Shown here one piece after another: positions 53,601 to 62,943 of a DNA stretch of 64,000 nt. The stretch is taken from the IMG/VR virus record IMGVR_UViG_3300006921_004083, positions 1 through 64,000 of that record; one strand, written 5' to 3'. Made by a program: the position numbers and the translations under genes. Origin of the DNA: a virus. The notes under the pieces are model-generated. The model was given only the letters and a program-made list of their open reading frames with translations, was not told the DNA's origin and ran no database searches. Numbering within the stretch: the first letter of the stretch is position 1; each line of letters opens with the position of its first letter.

Positions 53601-56600
53601 ATAAGATACTCTAAACCTACTAGAATTACTAACCCCAATCTAAATAATAGACATAATTATAAAGAATGGGGTTGGAATGCGGATAGACAAACTTTTATTA
53701 TAGAAGATTTTTTATGGATTAAAAATGACTGGACTAATGTAACAATTAATAACTATACAGTAAAAGATGATGCGGGAAACTATCAATACATACCTTATAC
53801 TAGAGCAGCTGATTCAAGCGGATACGAAGAGGCTTTGGACGGACAAGGTAGTGGAGTAGTTAATCCAGAAATGGCAAGTAATTTAGCTTTAGGGTACCTT
53901 TATATTAATAATGTTGGAAAGTATTATGCTAGTAGTGCTCATAAAAATTCCACTTCATTCACTAAAAAAAATAATTTAACAAGATTTTTTGACCAATTTG
54001 CTGGGTACTCAGTTCTTCCCGAATATATCGTTTTACAAATAGGTTCGTGGTTATATAGGGAACAAGAAGTTAATGATCTTATTAGGTGGCCTAACTACTT
54101 TAGTAGTACTGGGGCTAAAAAGAATGGACAGTGGACATTTATGATTCCTAAAAAAACAGAAAGACCACAACCATCAGGAGACATGATATCCGTAGAAAAA
54201 AGTGCTAATGGTGGGGATAAAGTAAAAATATGGACGGCTGAATATAGAAGAGTTTATAGAAACGCATTTAAGTTCGATATCACAAATGATACTAATTGGA
54301 TGAGTGCTTCCGATTTTAACAACGCTTTGTGGTTTATTGGAGGACAATGTTCAGATTGGACAAGTGTTAGTGGACAGAAGGTATTTGATAGTTGTAGTGA
54401 AAGTTATGGTTATGACTATATAGGTGACTCTATATTAAACTTAGCCCCTGAAATTAAAAAACAATTTATAGATTCTTTTATAATGTGGGCAACAGGAAGA
54501 CCTTTAGATACTCAAACCTACAATCTTAGTCCTTCTTTTCCAGAAATTAAAAGAGCACTAACCGCAACTGTTAAAGTTAATGATGATTTATGGAACGAAA
54601 GAGGTTTTTGTTACGATATGGCCAATTATTCAGTTGCGGATTGCCAAGGGTGTCAAAGTCCTTCAACACCACCCACACCAAACCTTAGACCTAATTCACG
54701 ACTTTGGACATCTTATTGTGATAGATCTCCTGTCGGTGTATATAATGGTCCAAGTACCTATCCTGGACAAGGAAATGCTGGATGGGGAGTAGATAATAGT
54801 GGATGGCCAGCACCACAATTAGTTGATATGACCCCACCAGCAGCAGTAGGGATAGTGGATAGAGCGGGGCCGATTAGTTCGGGTGCTAAGTTTTTTGATT
54901 TTAATAATGGTATAAGTACACACACAATTGATGCGGTGGTAAATTATTCCCCTAATCCAGATTATCCTTATATGATTAAAAGACCATTTGGTACAGTAAA
55001 TTTTGCCACACGGGAAACTAATATGTCAGCGACTACCGATAATTATGTTAGGAATTTAGTAAATGATAATACACTAGGGGGAAGAAAATATGGAACTTTT
55101 GTACTTCCTTTACTTTATAATGGGTACGTAAATAACCAAAGAAATTTACCAAACGAAAATTTTAATGGTAAAAAAGCAAAAGATGGAAACTATAATGGTT
55201 CGTTTGGGACATATACAGCGCAGATAGATGTGGCAAAACGGATGGTAGAAAATCCAAGATATGACCATTGGCAAGACACAATGTATCAGTCCTTCGCATC
55301 GGCAGGTTTTAATTATTTCTTTTTAAGAAAGGCGAGTCATACAGATAGAATTGTATCATTTAAGGAAGGATCTACAGGACCTCAAGGTAATGCTGGAACC
55401 TGGGATTGGCCCTGCAATAATGCTGGTAATTCAACAGGATGTCCACCACCATCAGAACAATCCCAATTCGTACAAAATGGTAATTGGTACGATAACGATA
55501 GTTATAACGGTTTTCCCGAAGTAGGACAAGAAGTATACCTAAACATACATTATCGTAATCCAATAAGAAGTCAGTGGTATAGTGGTAAAATGGAAGAAAC
55601 GGATAATTTTGATTATGCTGGTATAAACTATGAACTAGACCATCCTTTTTTAATAGAAAACGGTATAGTAGGAGGGCTGAATCCAGGTAACTACGGTAAA
55701 CCTTCATTTTACGTTCCTAAAACACATTATACCCCTAATTACACTGAAGAAGGTCAAGATGATGGAACGCAGAGACCTGGTAATGAAGTACCACAAACTA
55801 ACGAACTATACCAAATGTTAGAAAATTTCATGAAAAATAGAGTGGCAATTAAAAATGTAACATGGAGACAGTGGGTAGGTGTAGGTAGTAAGGATCCTAA
55901 TAAACAAGTTTATGACGATTTTTCTACTATCTTCACAAGTAAAGATTATCTTACTAGATATTTTGATGCACTTATTGTTAAATTAGTTGACTATGTTAAT
56001 GAAGGGGATGTTGTTGATGATATAAAGGCAGTTGCTAAAGAAGAGGATTTATTGGAAGATAATGATATTAAGTTAGACACATACCTTACTCTAAAGAATA
56101 TTCATGATAAATGGTTAACGGGTTCTGCGTCAGAAGGACTGAGAAAAATGAAATTAAATGCTACTTATGATTTTGACCAAGGTAAAGAATCATGGTTGTA
56201 CTCACAATTTAGTTTTGTTGATAGGGCTTATACTGACATTAAACATAAAATAATAGACCCAACCCCATTACTTAATCTTAAAGAAAATCCTAAAATTAGT
56301 TTATATACATTAATATATGATTTAATTGCTCATAATCAATTTGAATTTTTCCCACTACCCACAACAGTAGACTTCTCTAGTAAAAATTTCGAAAAATCTT
56401 TTATTCCTCATTTAACCGTTGATAAAGAAAGTATTGACCAAAATCCTCGATTTTATGTAATGTACATGGGGGGTTTCTCTGATAGTTTAGATATGGACGA
56501 TAAAGGTTATGAATTTGCCAATGATGGATTTGATATAACTGAAGACCCATGTTTGGATTGTCCAGCAGACTTTTATAAAGGAGAAATAACAACAATTGGA

Positions 56601-58460
56601 AACCAACAGAGCTTACCAAATGCTGTTCTACTAATAGAAGGACAAGCAGAAGATGATGGAGGGTTTAGGATAGGAGGAAGTGGAAACGCAATATCGATAC
56701 CCTCTTATGGAAATTGGGTATGTGTTGGTAATGCAGGGGTAGGAGACTGTAAAATACAAAAACAAGAATTAAAGGCTTTTGCGGTTAATTATGCACAAGA
56801 TAATCAAAACTTCTTTAAGTCCATTGCTCTTGACCAAGCAGAATTTCAAGAAACCCAAGAATCCTTATTAGTAATAGATGCTCTATCTCACGAAGAGGGA
56901 ACAACAAAGGATCCTATGCTTAAGGGACAAAACTTATTGAATGTATACCAAAAGAGAAGTTACTCATGTAAGGTAGATGCTTTTGGAATGATGTCCATTT
57001 TACCATTACAGTATTTCCAATTAAATAACGTTCCAATGTTTCATGGGGCTTATATTATAACTAATGTGGAACATTCAGTAACACAAGGAGACGTTAGTAC
57101 AAGTTTTGAAGGTGTAAGAATATCACAATCAGTTATTCCTTATGTTTCTAGTTTCCTAACGGCAATACAAGATGATAGTGTTGAGGTAAGTGAACCTTAT
57201 GACGAAAAACTAGATACTAGAGACTTAAATGTCTTATCTGGTGATGTAGAACGAGTAGGGGTCTGGTTTGAAAGAAATGTAACCAAGAGTAGATTAAAAG
57301 AAATGAAATCCAAAGGGATAAACAGTGTTTCAATAGAACTCGAATCAAGTTGGGCAGAAACCTCAGGAGGTAGTACTAGGTGGCAAAGTTACGATTGGGA
57401 CTGGCAACCATATAGACAATTTCCAAATGGTAAAAAACATAAATGGACTAAAAGAGCTAGATATTCTTTAGATGGATTAAAGGAGGCGATTAAATTATTA
57501 AGTGAAGAAGATATGTATGTAACCATTATGTTATATTTTAATCCTAATTATAATTACATCGAACCAATGTGCGGGGGAAGTGGAGTTCAACCATATGTAA
57601 AAAAAGATTATGCATCAGAAGGTTTAGATACTCCTTTTACACTTCCAGAATTAGTAAATGAATTAAATAACTATTGTACTAAATGTAAGGTAGACGCTGT
57701 TGAATTTGACCTTGAAGGACATTATAGAAAAACTAGATATTCCAGTGGATGGAAAAGTGGTTCTAAACCTTTAGGTTATAACGACGAAGTCAATAAAAAA
57801 GACTTAGCTAAAGCGGTAATGAAAAAATTACGTGATACTCTACCAGGTGGTACAGAAATAGGTACAACCGTATATGTTGGTAGGAGTGTTAGTACAAATG
57901 AAAATTATTGGAAAGACCCCGCAACTCCTGAATATTCTTGTATAGCAGACTATGTGGCGGTCCAAGCTTACACTCACGCCAAATGTAAACCTAAAAAACC
58001 TTGTAAATCTTGTACACAAGATAGTGATTGTGGAAGTGGAGCTTCATGTGTTGACCAAGGAAATGGTAAAGGTAAAAGATGTTATAATGATGATTATAAT
58101 TGGGGAGGTTATGCCGGACCGGGTAAAAGACAAAAATATAGTGGAAACACAATTAAAAAAATATCAGAGTCCAACTTTAATGGTTCGAGTCCTACAGACG
58201 GTAAACCATATTTAATTATGGGACTTGCAGGATACCATCAAAAATTCGCAGACCACACTATATCCGAGGCTTTAGTAGAGGCTTGGAATGGAGGAATCCA
58301 ACCTATAACGAGTAGTAGTTATGGACCAAAAGAAGTAAGATATTGGTCATATGCTAATGTATTTGGGAATAACGGAGGATATGACTGGAGTACACATTCT
58401 GGTCCAGTGGCGGATTTTATACTAGAACAAACCAGTAAAACAGACGATAACGTTACATAA
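50625..58460 (+). CDS. Giant baseplate hub protein (gp27/VgrG-like) with a C-terminal glycoside hydrolase-like domain
   Basis: N-terminal FGIQDI.I....SF.PQV.I.FVDIRG; late RSYSCKV..FG...I.PLQYFQL.NVPMFHGAYII..V.H; C-terminal DAVEFDLE barrel. Confidence 0.7.
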   Translation: MGIKIVDPNKVISEYISDYQSGQPFPTNIGEGPVTTPPEDLVTYVDLEVFLPGRSIIVDDVARQQQRKENIGFVVPKNLPKENYGKLGTSWTNIGGLQGFQKNDDGAYTVDGSGSFQKQGSFNETFGIQDIQIKLNSSFEPQVFITFVDIRGASLMEPGLQSPYAAFFHMPYPLFTLTIKGFYGRGISYKLHLMKFNSRFDNDTGNFIIKCEFIGFTFTYLADMPAIYADVGPDLLGFYGTEAGGEHEFATNFESGRDPRKPWPEGSMTLGVYINNIATLAAKMDHFEDDSVSTDYYLLTDSLDRLRNIELRWGGIASDVNCTDAASAGCGYVFSTSMVITAKELYTDTGALVSIDEAKVFRNVNNADNYRQLLLQLRGTDKNNADTTLTNNSIEDANFIGYVNSIYDSIDEVSIGYLGTPPSTALINQGDENYEVYGTVSKCPDCTTEDISEGRYGIGQIDAEEYFKKLRAYITKGEQQEKELKTKMNIQENELKLDTLVMPPTLENVFKLLCNGITAFQKVLVEVGTLAYTQHNNDDNIKALLLNNGGSDIKSLQDANSEMYAFPLYYETRSDSLPSGVTGKIEKVSRVTKQFPGWKVNKTTYGRPEFIVPKKWPEITLVEQLIRFIIKKQRELKQSWDPGSAEFKDGYIPAIVEETPLLPISPYLRLTDVKKQIIPLLMIRTMMRLGHTNNFPVPNQTTDYPGFGSEDATTISILKEALKNDSATKTLSSDNGGYDALEALGQLEAETLLTGVLDTGKKRLKEILSTLTNEASMNTQKGKGKKATETAIKLLKEAGYGIESKTVGEYTFVGFQGAKDPLNDVITYHSVIGLIGQAVENKYEYWLPNIDTKLSSNIFYDTCSDADYAMECKGFYISSVAHYRTEGSSDQQVENLDNKQNEELVTAGDKLIDWYKTCFGEEGGTESEYSKVEKLVIGPQGTLDYDYKLWLGWDFFSYWSRTKYTEKVNTEKQSNNFSSSNHIKPDQFAPHAIRYSKPTRITNPNLNNRHNYKEWGWNADRQTFIIEDFLWIKNDWTNVTINNYTVKDDAGNYQYIPYTRAADSSGYEEALDGQGSGVVNPEMASNLALGYLYINNVGKYYASSAHKNSTSFTKKNNLTRFFDQFAGYSVLPEYIVLQIGSWLYREQEVNDLIRWPNYFSSTGAKKNGQWTFMIPKKTERPQPSGDMISVEKSANGGDKVKIWTAEYRRVYRNAFKFDITNDTNWMSASDFNNALWFIGGQCSDWTSVSGQKVFDSCSESYGYDYIGDSILNLAPEIKKQFIDSFIMWATGRPLDTQTYNLSPSFPEIKRALTATVKVNDDLWNERGFCYDMANYSVADCQGCQSPSTPPTPNLRPNSRLWTSYCDRSPVGVYNGPSTYPGQGNAGWGVDNSGWPAPQLVDMTPPAAVGIVDRAGPISSGAKFFDFNNGISTHTIDAVVNYSPNPDYPYMIKRPFGTVNFATRETNMSATTDNYVRNLVNDNTLGGRKYGTFVLPLLYNGYVNNQRNLPNENFNGKKAKDGNYNGSFGTYTAQIDVAKRMVENPRYDHWQDTMYQSFASAGFNYFFLRKASHTDRIVSFKEGSTGPQGNAGTWDWPCNNAGNSTGCPPPSEQSQFVQNGNWYDNDSYNGFPEVGQEVYLNIHYRNPIRSQWYSGKMEETDNFDYAGINYELDHPFLIENGIVGGLNPGNYGKPSFYVPKTHYTPNYTEEGQDDGTQRPGNEVPQTNELYQMLENFMKNRVAIKNVTWRQWVGVGSKDPNKQVYDDFSTIFTSKDYLTRYFDALIVKLVDYVNEGDVVDDIKAVAKEEDLLEDNDIKLDTYLTLKNIHDKWLTGSASEGLRKMKLNATYDFDQGKESWLYSQFSFVDRAYTDIKHKIIDPTPLLNLKENPKISLYTLIYDLIAHNQFEFFPLPTTVDFSSKNFEKSFIPHLTVDKESIDQNPRFYVMYMGGFSDSLDMDDKGYEFANDGFDITEDPCLDCPADFYKGEITTIGNQQSLPNAVLLIEGQAEDDGGFRIGGSGNAISIPSYGNWVCVGNAGVGDCKIQKQELKAFAVNYAQDNQNFFKSIALDQAEFQETQESLLVIDALSHEEGTTKDPMLKGQNLLNVYQKRSYSCKVDAFGMMSILPLQYFQLNNVPMFHGAYIITNVEHSVTQGDVSTSFEGVRISQSVIPYVSSFLTAIQDDSVEVSEPYDEKLDTRDLNVLSGDVERVGVWFERNVTKSRLKEMKSKGINSVSIELESSWAETSGGSTRWQSYDWDWQPYRQFPNGKKHKWTKRARYSLDGLKEAIKLLSEEDMYVTIMLYFNPNYNYIEPMCGGSGVQPYVKKDYASEGLDTPFTLPELVNELNNYCTKCKVDAVEFDLEGHYRKTRYSSGWKSGSKPLGYNDEVNKKDLAKAVMKKLRDTLPGGTEIGTTVYVGRSVSTNENYWKDPATPEYSCIADYVAVQAYTHAKCKPKKPCKSCTQDSDCGSGASCVDQGNGKGKRCYNDDYNWGGYAGPGKRQKYSGNTIKKISESNFNGSSPTDGKPYLIMGLAGYHQKFADHTISEALVEAWNGGIQPITSSSYGPKEVRYWSYANVFGNNGGYDWSTHSGPVADFILEQTSKTDDNVT

Positions 58461-58885
58461 TGAAAACATCAAACATAAAGAAATCCTCTCTAGTTGGTAC
58501 CTTTGTAGCAAAAGAATACTATGATCGACTCATCAAAAAATTAAACGACAAGTTCAAAGTAGAACCCAAAAGTATATTTACCCATACAATAAGAGAGGAA
58601 AAAGATAGATATTTTATTACTTATAAAATTAGTTTAGATTATGAAGAGAGAAAATCGTTTAGAAAAAGTATAAAAAACACATTTCCTATACATAAAAAAT
58701 CAACATGTTATTTTACAATAAACGGACTTAATAAATTAATTGAAGAGATATATAAATTAGAAAGTGGAAATGTTAATCATAAGGATTATAAGATACAGTG
58801 GGACGAATATGAAGGTAAACTTATAATGTCTAAGGAAAAACAAGCATATATAATAACATTAGATAGAGTTTTCTTAGATAAGTAA
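58460..58885 (+). CDS. Hypothetical protein
   Basis: 141 aa; TAATG stop/start overlap with the hub gene. Confidence 0.6.
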   Translation: MKTSNIKKSSLVGTFVAKEYYDRLIKKLNDKFKVEPKSIFTHTIREEKDRYFITYKISLDYEERKSFRKSIKNTFPIHKKSTCYFTINGLNKLIEEIYKLESGNVNHKDYKIQWDEYEGKLIMSKEKQAYIITLDRVFLDK

Positions 58886-58910
58886 TATTTATAGTAAAAG
58901 AATTATTATT

Positions 58911-59114
58911 ATGAAAAATGAAAATAAGACATCTAAAGAGAATTTAACACAAACTTCAGAGGTGATTAATGACTTTTTAACAGACGAAAACGTAGTTAAT
59001 AACTCAGTTAAGTCCAAAGACGGTTTAATTGAGTCAACTAAAGTCATAAATAAAAAAGTTATCGTTGAAGACGGTAGAGAATTATTGAGAGAAGTAACAT
59101 TTAAGCACGAATAA
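58911..59114 (+). CDS. Small hypothetical protein
   Basis: 67 aa; TATTTATA at 58886-58893; coupled to the next gene. Confidence 0.55.
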   Translation: MKNENKTSKENLTQTSEVINDFLTDENVVNNSVKSKDGLIESTKVINKKVIVEDGRELLREVTFKHE

Positions 59115-59116
59115 AA

Positions 59117-59905
59117 ATGGAAAAAAGTCCCTTACTCAGTGAAGAGTTGAAAAGACACCTAGAAATACTTAATTATAGTGATAAAGTATCTAATGGTGTG
59201 ATAGAAGAAAAGTTCAAAGTAACGTTTCAAGAGCAAGAACCTGAAGCGGAACCTGATGATGAGTTGGATATTCCAGATATGGCAGCGGGTGACACACCCC
59301 CACCACCACCTCCAGTAGGGGGAGAAGCAGGAGGGACAATGCCACCACCACCCCCACCAGTTGGCGGAGGAACGGCAGGGGCAACCCCACCACCACCACC
59401 GACTACACCGACTACACCTCCACCACCACCTCCACCAGCACCAGGAGAACAATCACTAGATGAACCAGAAGAGGAAACAGAGGAAGTGGACGTTACCGAT
59501 TTAGTACTAAAGAATGATGAAATAGGAGATACGGTAGAAAAATTTTCAACACAATTAGTAGATATCGAATCTAAGTTTACCGAACTTTCGACTAAACTAG
59601 ATATGATGGATAGAATATTTGATAAGATAGATAGTTTAGAAGATGAAATTCAGAGTATGGCACCACCAACTCCTGTTGAAAAGATGGAATTAAGGTCACT
59701 AGATAGTTTTCCTTACAACCAACGACTAGACAAGTATTTTGATGAAAAAAAGGCACAATATAAAAGATTGAGAGGAATTGATATGGATATGGATAGTGAA
59801 GAAATACCAAAAGAATACACTCTAACAGTAGGTGACACTGAAAATTGGGACGATAACTCTATTGGAAAATCGTTTAATCCTGACTTTGACGACGAGACCA
59901 ACTAA
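59117..59905 (+). CDS. Acidic protein with poly-proline tracts and a coiled coil
   Basis: Four Pro5-7 runs followed by a heptad segment. Confidence 0.65.
   Translation: MEKSPLLSEELKRHLEILNYSDKVSNGVIEEKFKVTFQEQEPEAEPDDELDIPDMAAGDTPPPPPPVGGEAGGTMPPPPPPVGGGTAGATPPPPPTTPTTPPPPPPPAPGEQSLDEPEEETEEVDVTDLVLKNDEIGDTVEKFSTQLVDIESKFTELSTKLDMMDRIFDKIDSLEDEIQSMAPPTPVEKMELRSLDSFPYNQRLDKYFDEKKAQYKRLRGIDMDMDSEEIPKEYTLTVGDTENWDDNSIGKSFNPDFDDETN
59295..59445 (+). repeat. Coding low-complexity CCA/CCN repeats (poly-Pro)
   Basis: TPPPPPPVGG / MPPPPPPVGG / TPPPPPTT / TPPPPPPPAPG. Confidence 0.85.
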
Positions 59906-59941
59906 GTATATTTGACACTTACAATAAATAATTATAATATT

Positions 59942-59974
59942 AGACCCAACCCGAATAGAGTTGGGTTTTTATTT
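59942..59974 (+). terminator. Intrinsic terminator at the end of the structural region
   Basis: AGACCCAAC-N9-GTTGGGTTT stem with one G-U pair, followed by a T-rich tract. Confidence 0.7.
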
Positions 59975-59985
59975 ATACAAGCATC

Positions 59986-60014
59986 TTTACTTTAATAAAA
60001 TTGTTTTGTATATT
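59986..60014 (+). promoter_or_regulatory. Sigma70-like promoter of the replication/recombination operon
   Basis: TTTACT-N17-TATATT; a second candidate TTGACA (59912)-N17-TAATAT lies upstream of the hairpin. Confidence 0.45.
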
Positions 60015-60061
60015 TAATGAGTAAAAAAATATTAATTAACTAGTTAAAAAAAAAATTAAAA

Positions 60062-60883
60062 ATGAGTAACGTATTAGATTCAATTCTTAAACAGTATGAG
60101 TCCAACAAGTCTGGAACAGGGACCGAAAAAAAGAAAACAGACCTTAGAAAGTATTTCGCACCTTTTTTACCAAAAGGAGAAACAAGCGGAGAAAGAACAG
60201 TAAGAATTTTACCTCCTGAAGATGGAGCTTCACCATTTACCGAAGCTTGGTTTCATGAGGTACAAATTGATGGTAAGTGGCAAAAACTTTACGATCCAGG
60301 TAAGAATGACAATGAAAGAAGTCCTATTACCGAAGTAAATGAGGCGTTATTAATGACAGGAGACGCAGAAGATAAAGTATTGGCTAGGCAGTATAGACCA
60401 AGAAAGTTTTATGTAGTGAGAGTTATCGATAGAGATAATGAAGCAGACGGAGTAAAGTTTTGGAGATTCAAACACAACTTCAAAGGAGATGGTATTATGG
60501 ATAAATTAATTCCTTTATTTCAAAAGAAAGGAGATATTACCAACCCAAGAGAAGGAAGAGATATTAACCTTATCCTTAAAGCTGTTAAATTACCAAGTGG
60601 TAATGGTACCTACACAACAGTATCTACAATTATGGCTGAAGACCCTTCTATGTTAACAACAGATGCAGAGAAAGCTAAACTTTGGATGGCGAATAAAGAA
60701 ACATATAAAGATGTGTATGTAAGAAAAGATGTAGAGTTTCTTGAAAAAGTGGCGAAAGGTGAAAATCCTTATGAAAGAAAAGAAGAAAGTAGTTCTCCAG
60801 TACAAAAGACCTCGGTCAGTGATACTACTTTGTCAGAACTTGACAAAGGAAGTGAGATTAACATGGATGATATGCCATTTTAA
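60062..60883 (+). CDS. Single-stranded DNA-binding protein, gp32-like
   Basis: VRILPP, PF.E.WFH, PITE, RKFY...VIDR, GVKFW.F, DIT....GRD; acidic tail ending DDMPF. Confidence 0.85.
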   Translation: MSNVLDSILKQYESNKSGTGTEKKKTDLRKYFAPFLPKGETSGERTVRILPPEDGASPFTEAWFHEVQIDGKWQKLYDPGKNDNERSPITEVNEALLMTGDAEDKVLARQYRPRKFYVVRVIDRDNEADGVKFWRFKHNFKGDGIMDKLIPLFQKKGDITNPREGRDINLILKAVKLPSGNGTYTTVSTIMAEDPSMLTTDAEKAKLWMANKETYKDVYVRKDVEFLEKVAKGENPYERKEESSSPVQKTSVSDTTLSELDKGSEINMDDMPF

Positions 60884-60894
60884 TAACTATAGAT

Positions 60895-61893
60895 ATGGCG
60901 AAATCAATAAAGAAAAAAACATTCTCATTAGAGGACTTACAAGGAAAGTATAGTACAAAGGCAAAATACAAAGAAGATAGTTTCTTTGATGTTGGTGAAG
61001 CATTTTACAAAGCTTGTGGTATACCAGGACCTGCAGAAGGACATATAAATGTATTTTTAGGACATTCTGACACTGGAAAAACCACAGCTTTAGTAAAAGC
61101 TGCGGTGGATGCCCAAAGAAAAGGTAAATTACCTGTGTTTATAATCACAGAACAAAAATGGGATTTTGAACATGCTAAACTAATGGGTTTTGAATGTGAC
61201 TTAAACGATAATGGTGAATGGAGTGGTACTTTTTTATTTAATGATGGTTTTTCTTATATTGAACAAATCACCGATTACATAAATGAGTTAATAGATGAAC
61301 AACAAAAAGGTAACATTCCTTATGATTTGGTTTTCTTTTGGGATTCTGTTGGTTCAGTACCTTGTAAAATGACTTTTGAAGGTAAAGGTGGAAAAATGCA
61401 TAACGCAAGTACCTTAGCCGATAAGATAGGAATGGGTATTAATCAAAGAATCACGGGATCAAGAAAGGAGAGTTCAAAATTTACGAATACTCTAATAATT
61501 GTTAACCAACCATGGGTTGAATTACCAGATAATCCTTTTAGTCAACCAAGAATTAAGATGAAAGGAGGGGAGGCTATATTCCTTAATTCGACACTCGTAT
61601 TCTTATTTGGTAATCAGAAGAATAGTGGAACATCAAAAATTAACGCCACTAAAAATGGTAGAAAAGTGGCTTTTGCGACACGAACAAAAGTATCGATACT
61701 CAAAAATCATGTTAATGGTATTGGTTTTTCCGATGGAAGGGTAATTGTAACCCCACACAATTTCATAAGTGATGATGCTAATGAAATTAAAAAATACAAA
61801 GAATCACACTCAAGTTATTGGGTTGAACAATTTGAAAAAGCTGGTGAAAAAGTAGAAGACGGCGGCTTTGAACTTATAGAAGAGAATGTTTAA
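60895..61893 (+). CDS. uvsX: UvsX/RecA-like recombinase
   Basis: Walker A GHSDTGKT, Walker B FFWDSVG, IVNQPW, KGGEA, KNHV. Confidence 0.88.
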   Translation: MAKSIKKKTFSLEDLQGKYSTKAKYKEDSFFDVGEAFYKACGIPGPAEGHINVFLGHSDTGKTTALVKAAVDAQRKGKLPVFIITEQKWDFEHAKLMGFECDLNDNGEWSGTFLFNDGFSYIEQITDYINELIDEQQKGNIPYDLVFFWDSVGSVPCKMTFEGKGGKMHNASTLADKIGMGINQRITGSRKESSKFTNTLIIVNQPWVELPDNPFSQPRIKMKGGEAIFLNSTLVFLFGNQKNSGTSKINATKNGRKVAFATRTKVSILKNHVNGIGFSDGRVIVTPHNFISDDANEIKKYKESHSSYWVEQFEKAGEKVEDGGFELIEENV

Positions 61894-61911
61894 CCCTTTA
61901 ATTACCATGAG

Positions 61912-62943
61912 TTGAGACGAAGAAATAATCAGAAAAAATTTGAAACCCTTATAGTTGACGGAGATGCTCTATTAAAAAGAGCATTCTTCGGGGCTAAGAA
62001 TGTTTTTAACGAAGAAAAAGAACATATTGGAGGATTATTCCAGTTTCTTAATATACTTAGAAAAACCCTTTCCCAGAAACACTATAATAAAGTAGTTGTA
62101 TTTTGGGATGGACAATATGGTAATCTAACTAGAAGAAAGATTTACCCAAACTATAAGATTAATAGAAAAAAATCTAGAAATTACGATTCAGAATCTTTTT
62201 TAAGACAAAAATTAAGGACCCAACAGTACCTAGAAGAGTTATACGTAAGACAATATGTTAATGAGGATACAGAGGCTGATGATCTTATCGCTTATTATTG
62301 TCTTAATAGAAAGAAAAATGAACTTATAACAATTTATACGGCAGATAGGGACATTGTACAGTTAGTAAATGAAGGTGTCTATGTTTATTTACTAGATAAA
62401 AAAGAATTAGTAAAAGAGGATACCGTTTTAACTACTAGAGAGTTAGACTATCTACCTAAAAATGTCTGTTTAGTAAAAATGTTAATAGGTGATTCTTCAG
62501 ACAATATTTTAGGTATAAAAGGACTATCTCCTAAAAGATTAGGTGAATTAATGCCAGATCTTAGGACTCGAAAAGTAGAATTGGATGAGATTAAAGAATT
62601 GGAATATGAGGGGGATAATTGGAGAGTAACGAAAGTATTAAATAATATAAAAACAGGAACCAGTAATGGTGGAGTATTCGGTGACGAACTTTACCAAATA
62701 AATAAAAAAATAATTAACTTAAATGAACCTTTAATAAACGAAGGGGCTAGGAAAAACGTAGAAGATTTAGTAAACTTAAATCTAGATCCAACAGGACGAG
62801 ACTACAAGAACGTAATTAGAATGATGATTGATGATGGGATAGTAAATATAATACCAGCATCATACGAAGACCAATCAGAATTTTTAATTCCTTTTATAAC
62901 ATTAAAAAATAACGAAAAAAAAAATGGAGAGAACAAAGAATAA
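61912..62943 (+). CDS. 5'-3' exonuclease (T4 RNase H / PolI 5' nuclease family)
   Basis: LIVDGD, VFWDG, R.KIYPNYK..R, EADDLIA, TADRD..QL, GDSSDNI.GIKG. Confidence 0.92.
   Translation: MRRRNNQKKFETLIVDGDALLKRAFFGAKNVFNEEKEHIGGLFQFLNILRKTLSQKHYNKVVVFWDGQYGNLTRRKIYPNYKINRKKSRNYDSESFLRQKLRTQQYLEELYVRQYVNEDTEADDLIAYYCLNRKKNELITIYTADRDIVQLVNEGVYVYLLDKKELVKEDTVLTTRELDYLPKNVCLVKMLIGDSSDNILGIKGLSPKRLGELMPDLRTRKVELDEIKELEYEGDNWRVTKVLNNIKTGTSNGGVFGDELYQINKKIINLNEPLINEGARKNVEDLVNLNLDPTGRDYKNVIRMMIDDGIVNIIPASYEDQSEFLIPFITLKNNEKKNGENKE

Noticed and set aside
33024-58460. Bacterial extracellular contractile injection system (multiple sheaths)
   Set aside because: Neck proteins, PolB, SSB, UvsX and helicase in the same segment indicate a replicating phage.
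59906-60061. tRNA or structured ncRNA in the intergenic gap
   Set aside because: Only a single hairpin with a T-tract; no cloverleaf or T-loop motif. A short promoter-to-hairpin transcript cannot be excluded but is unsupported.
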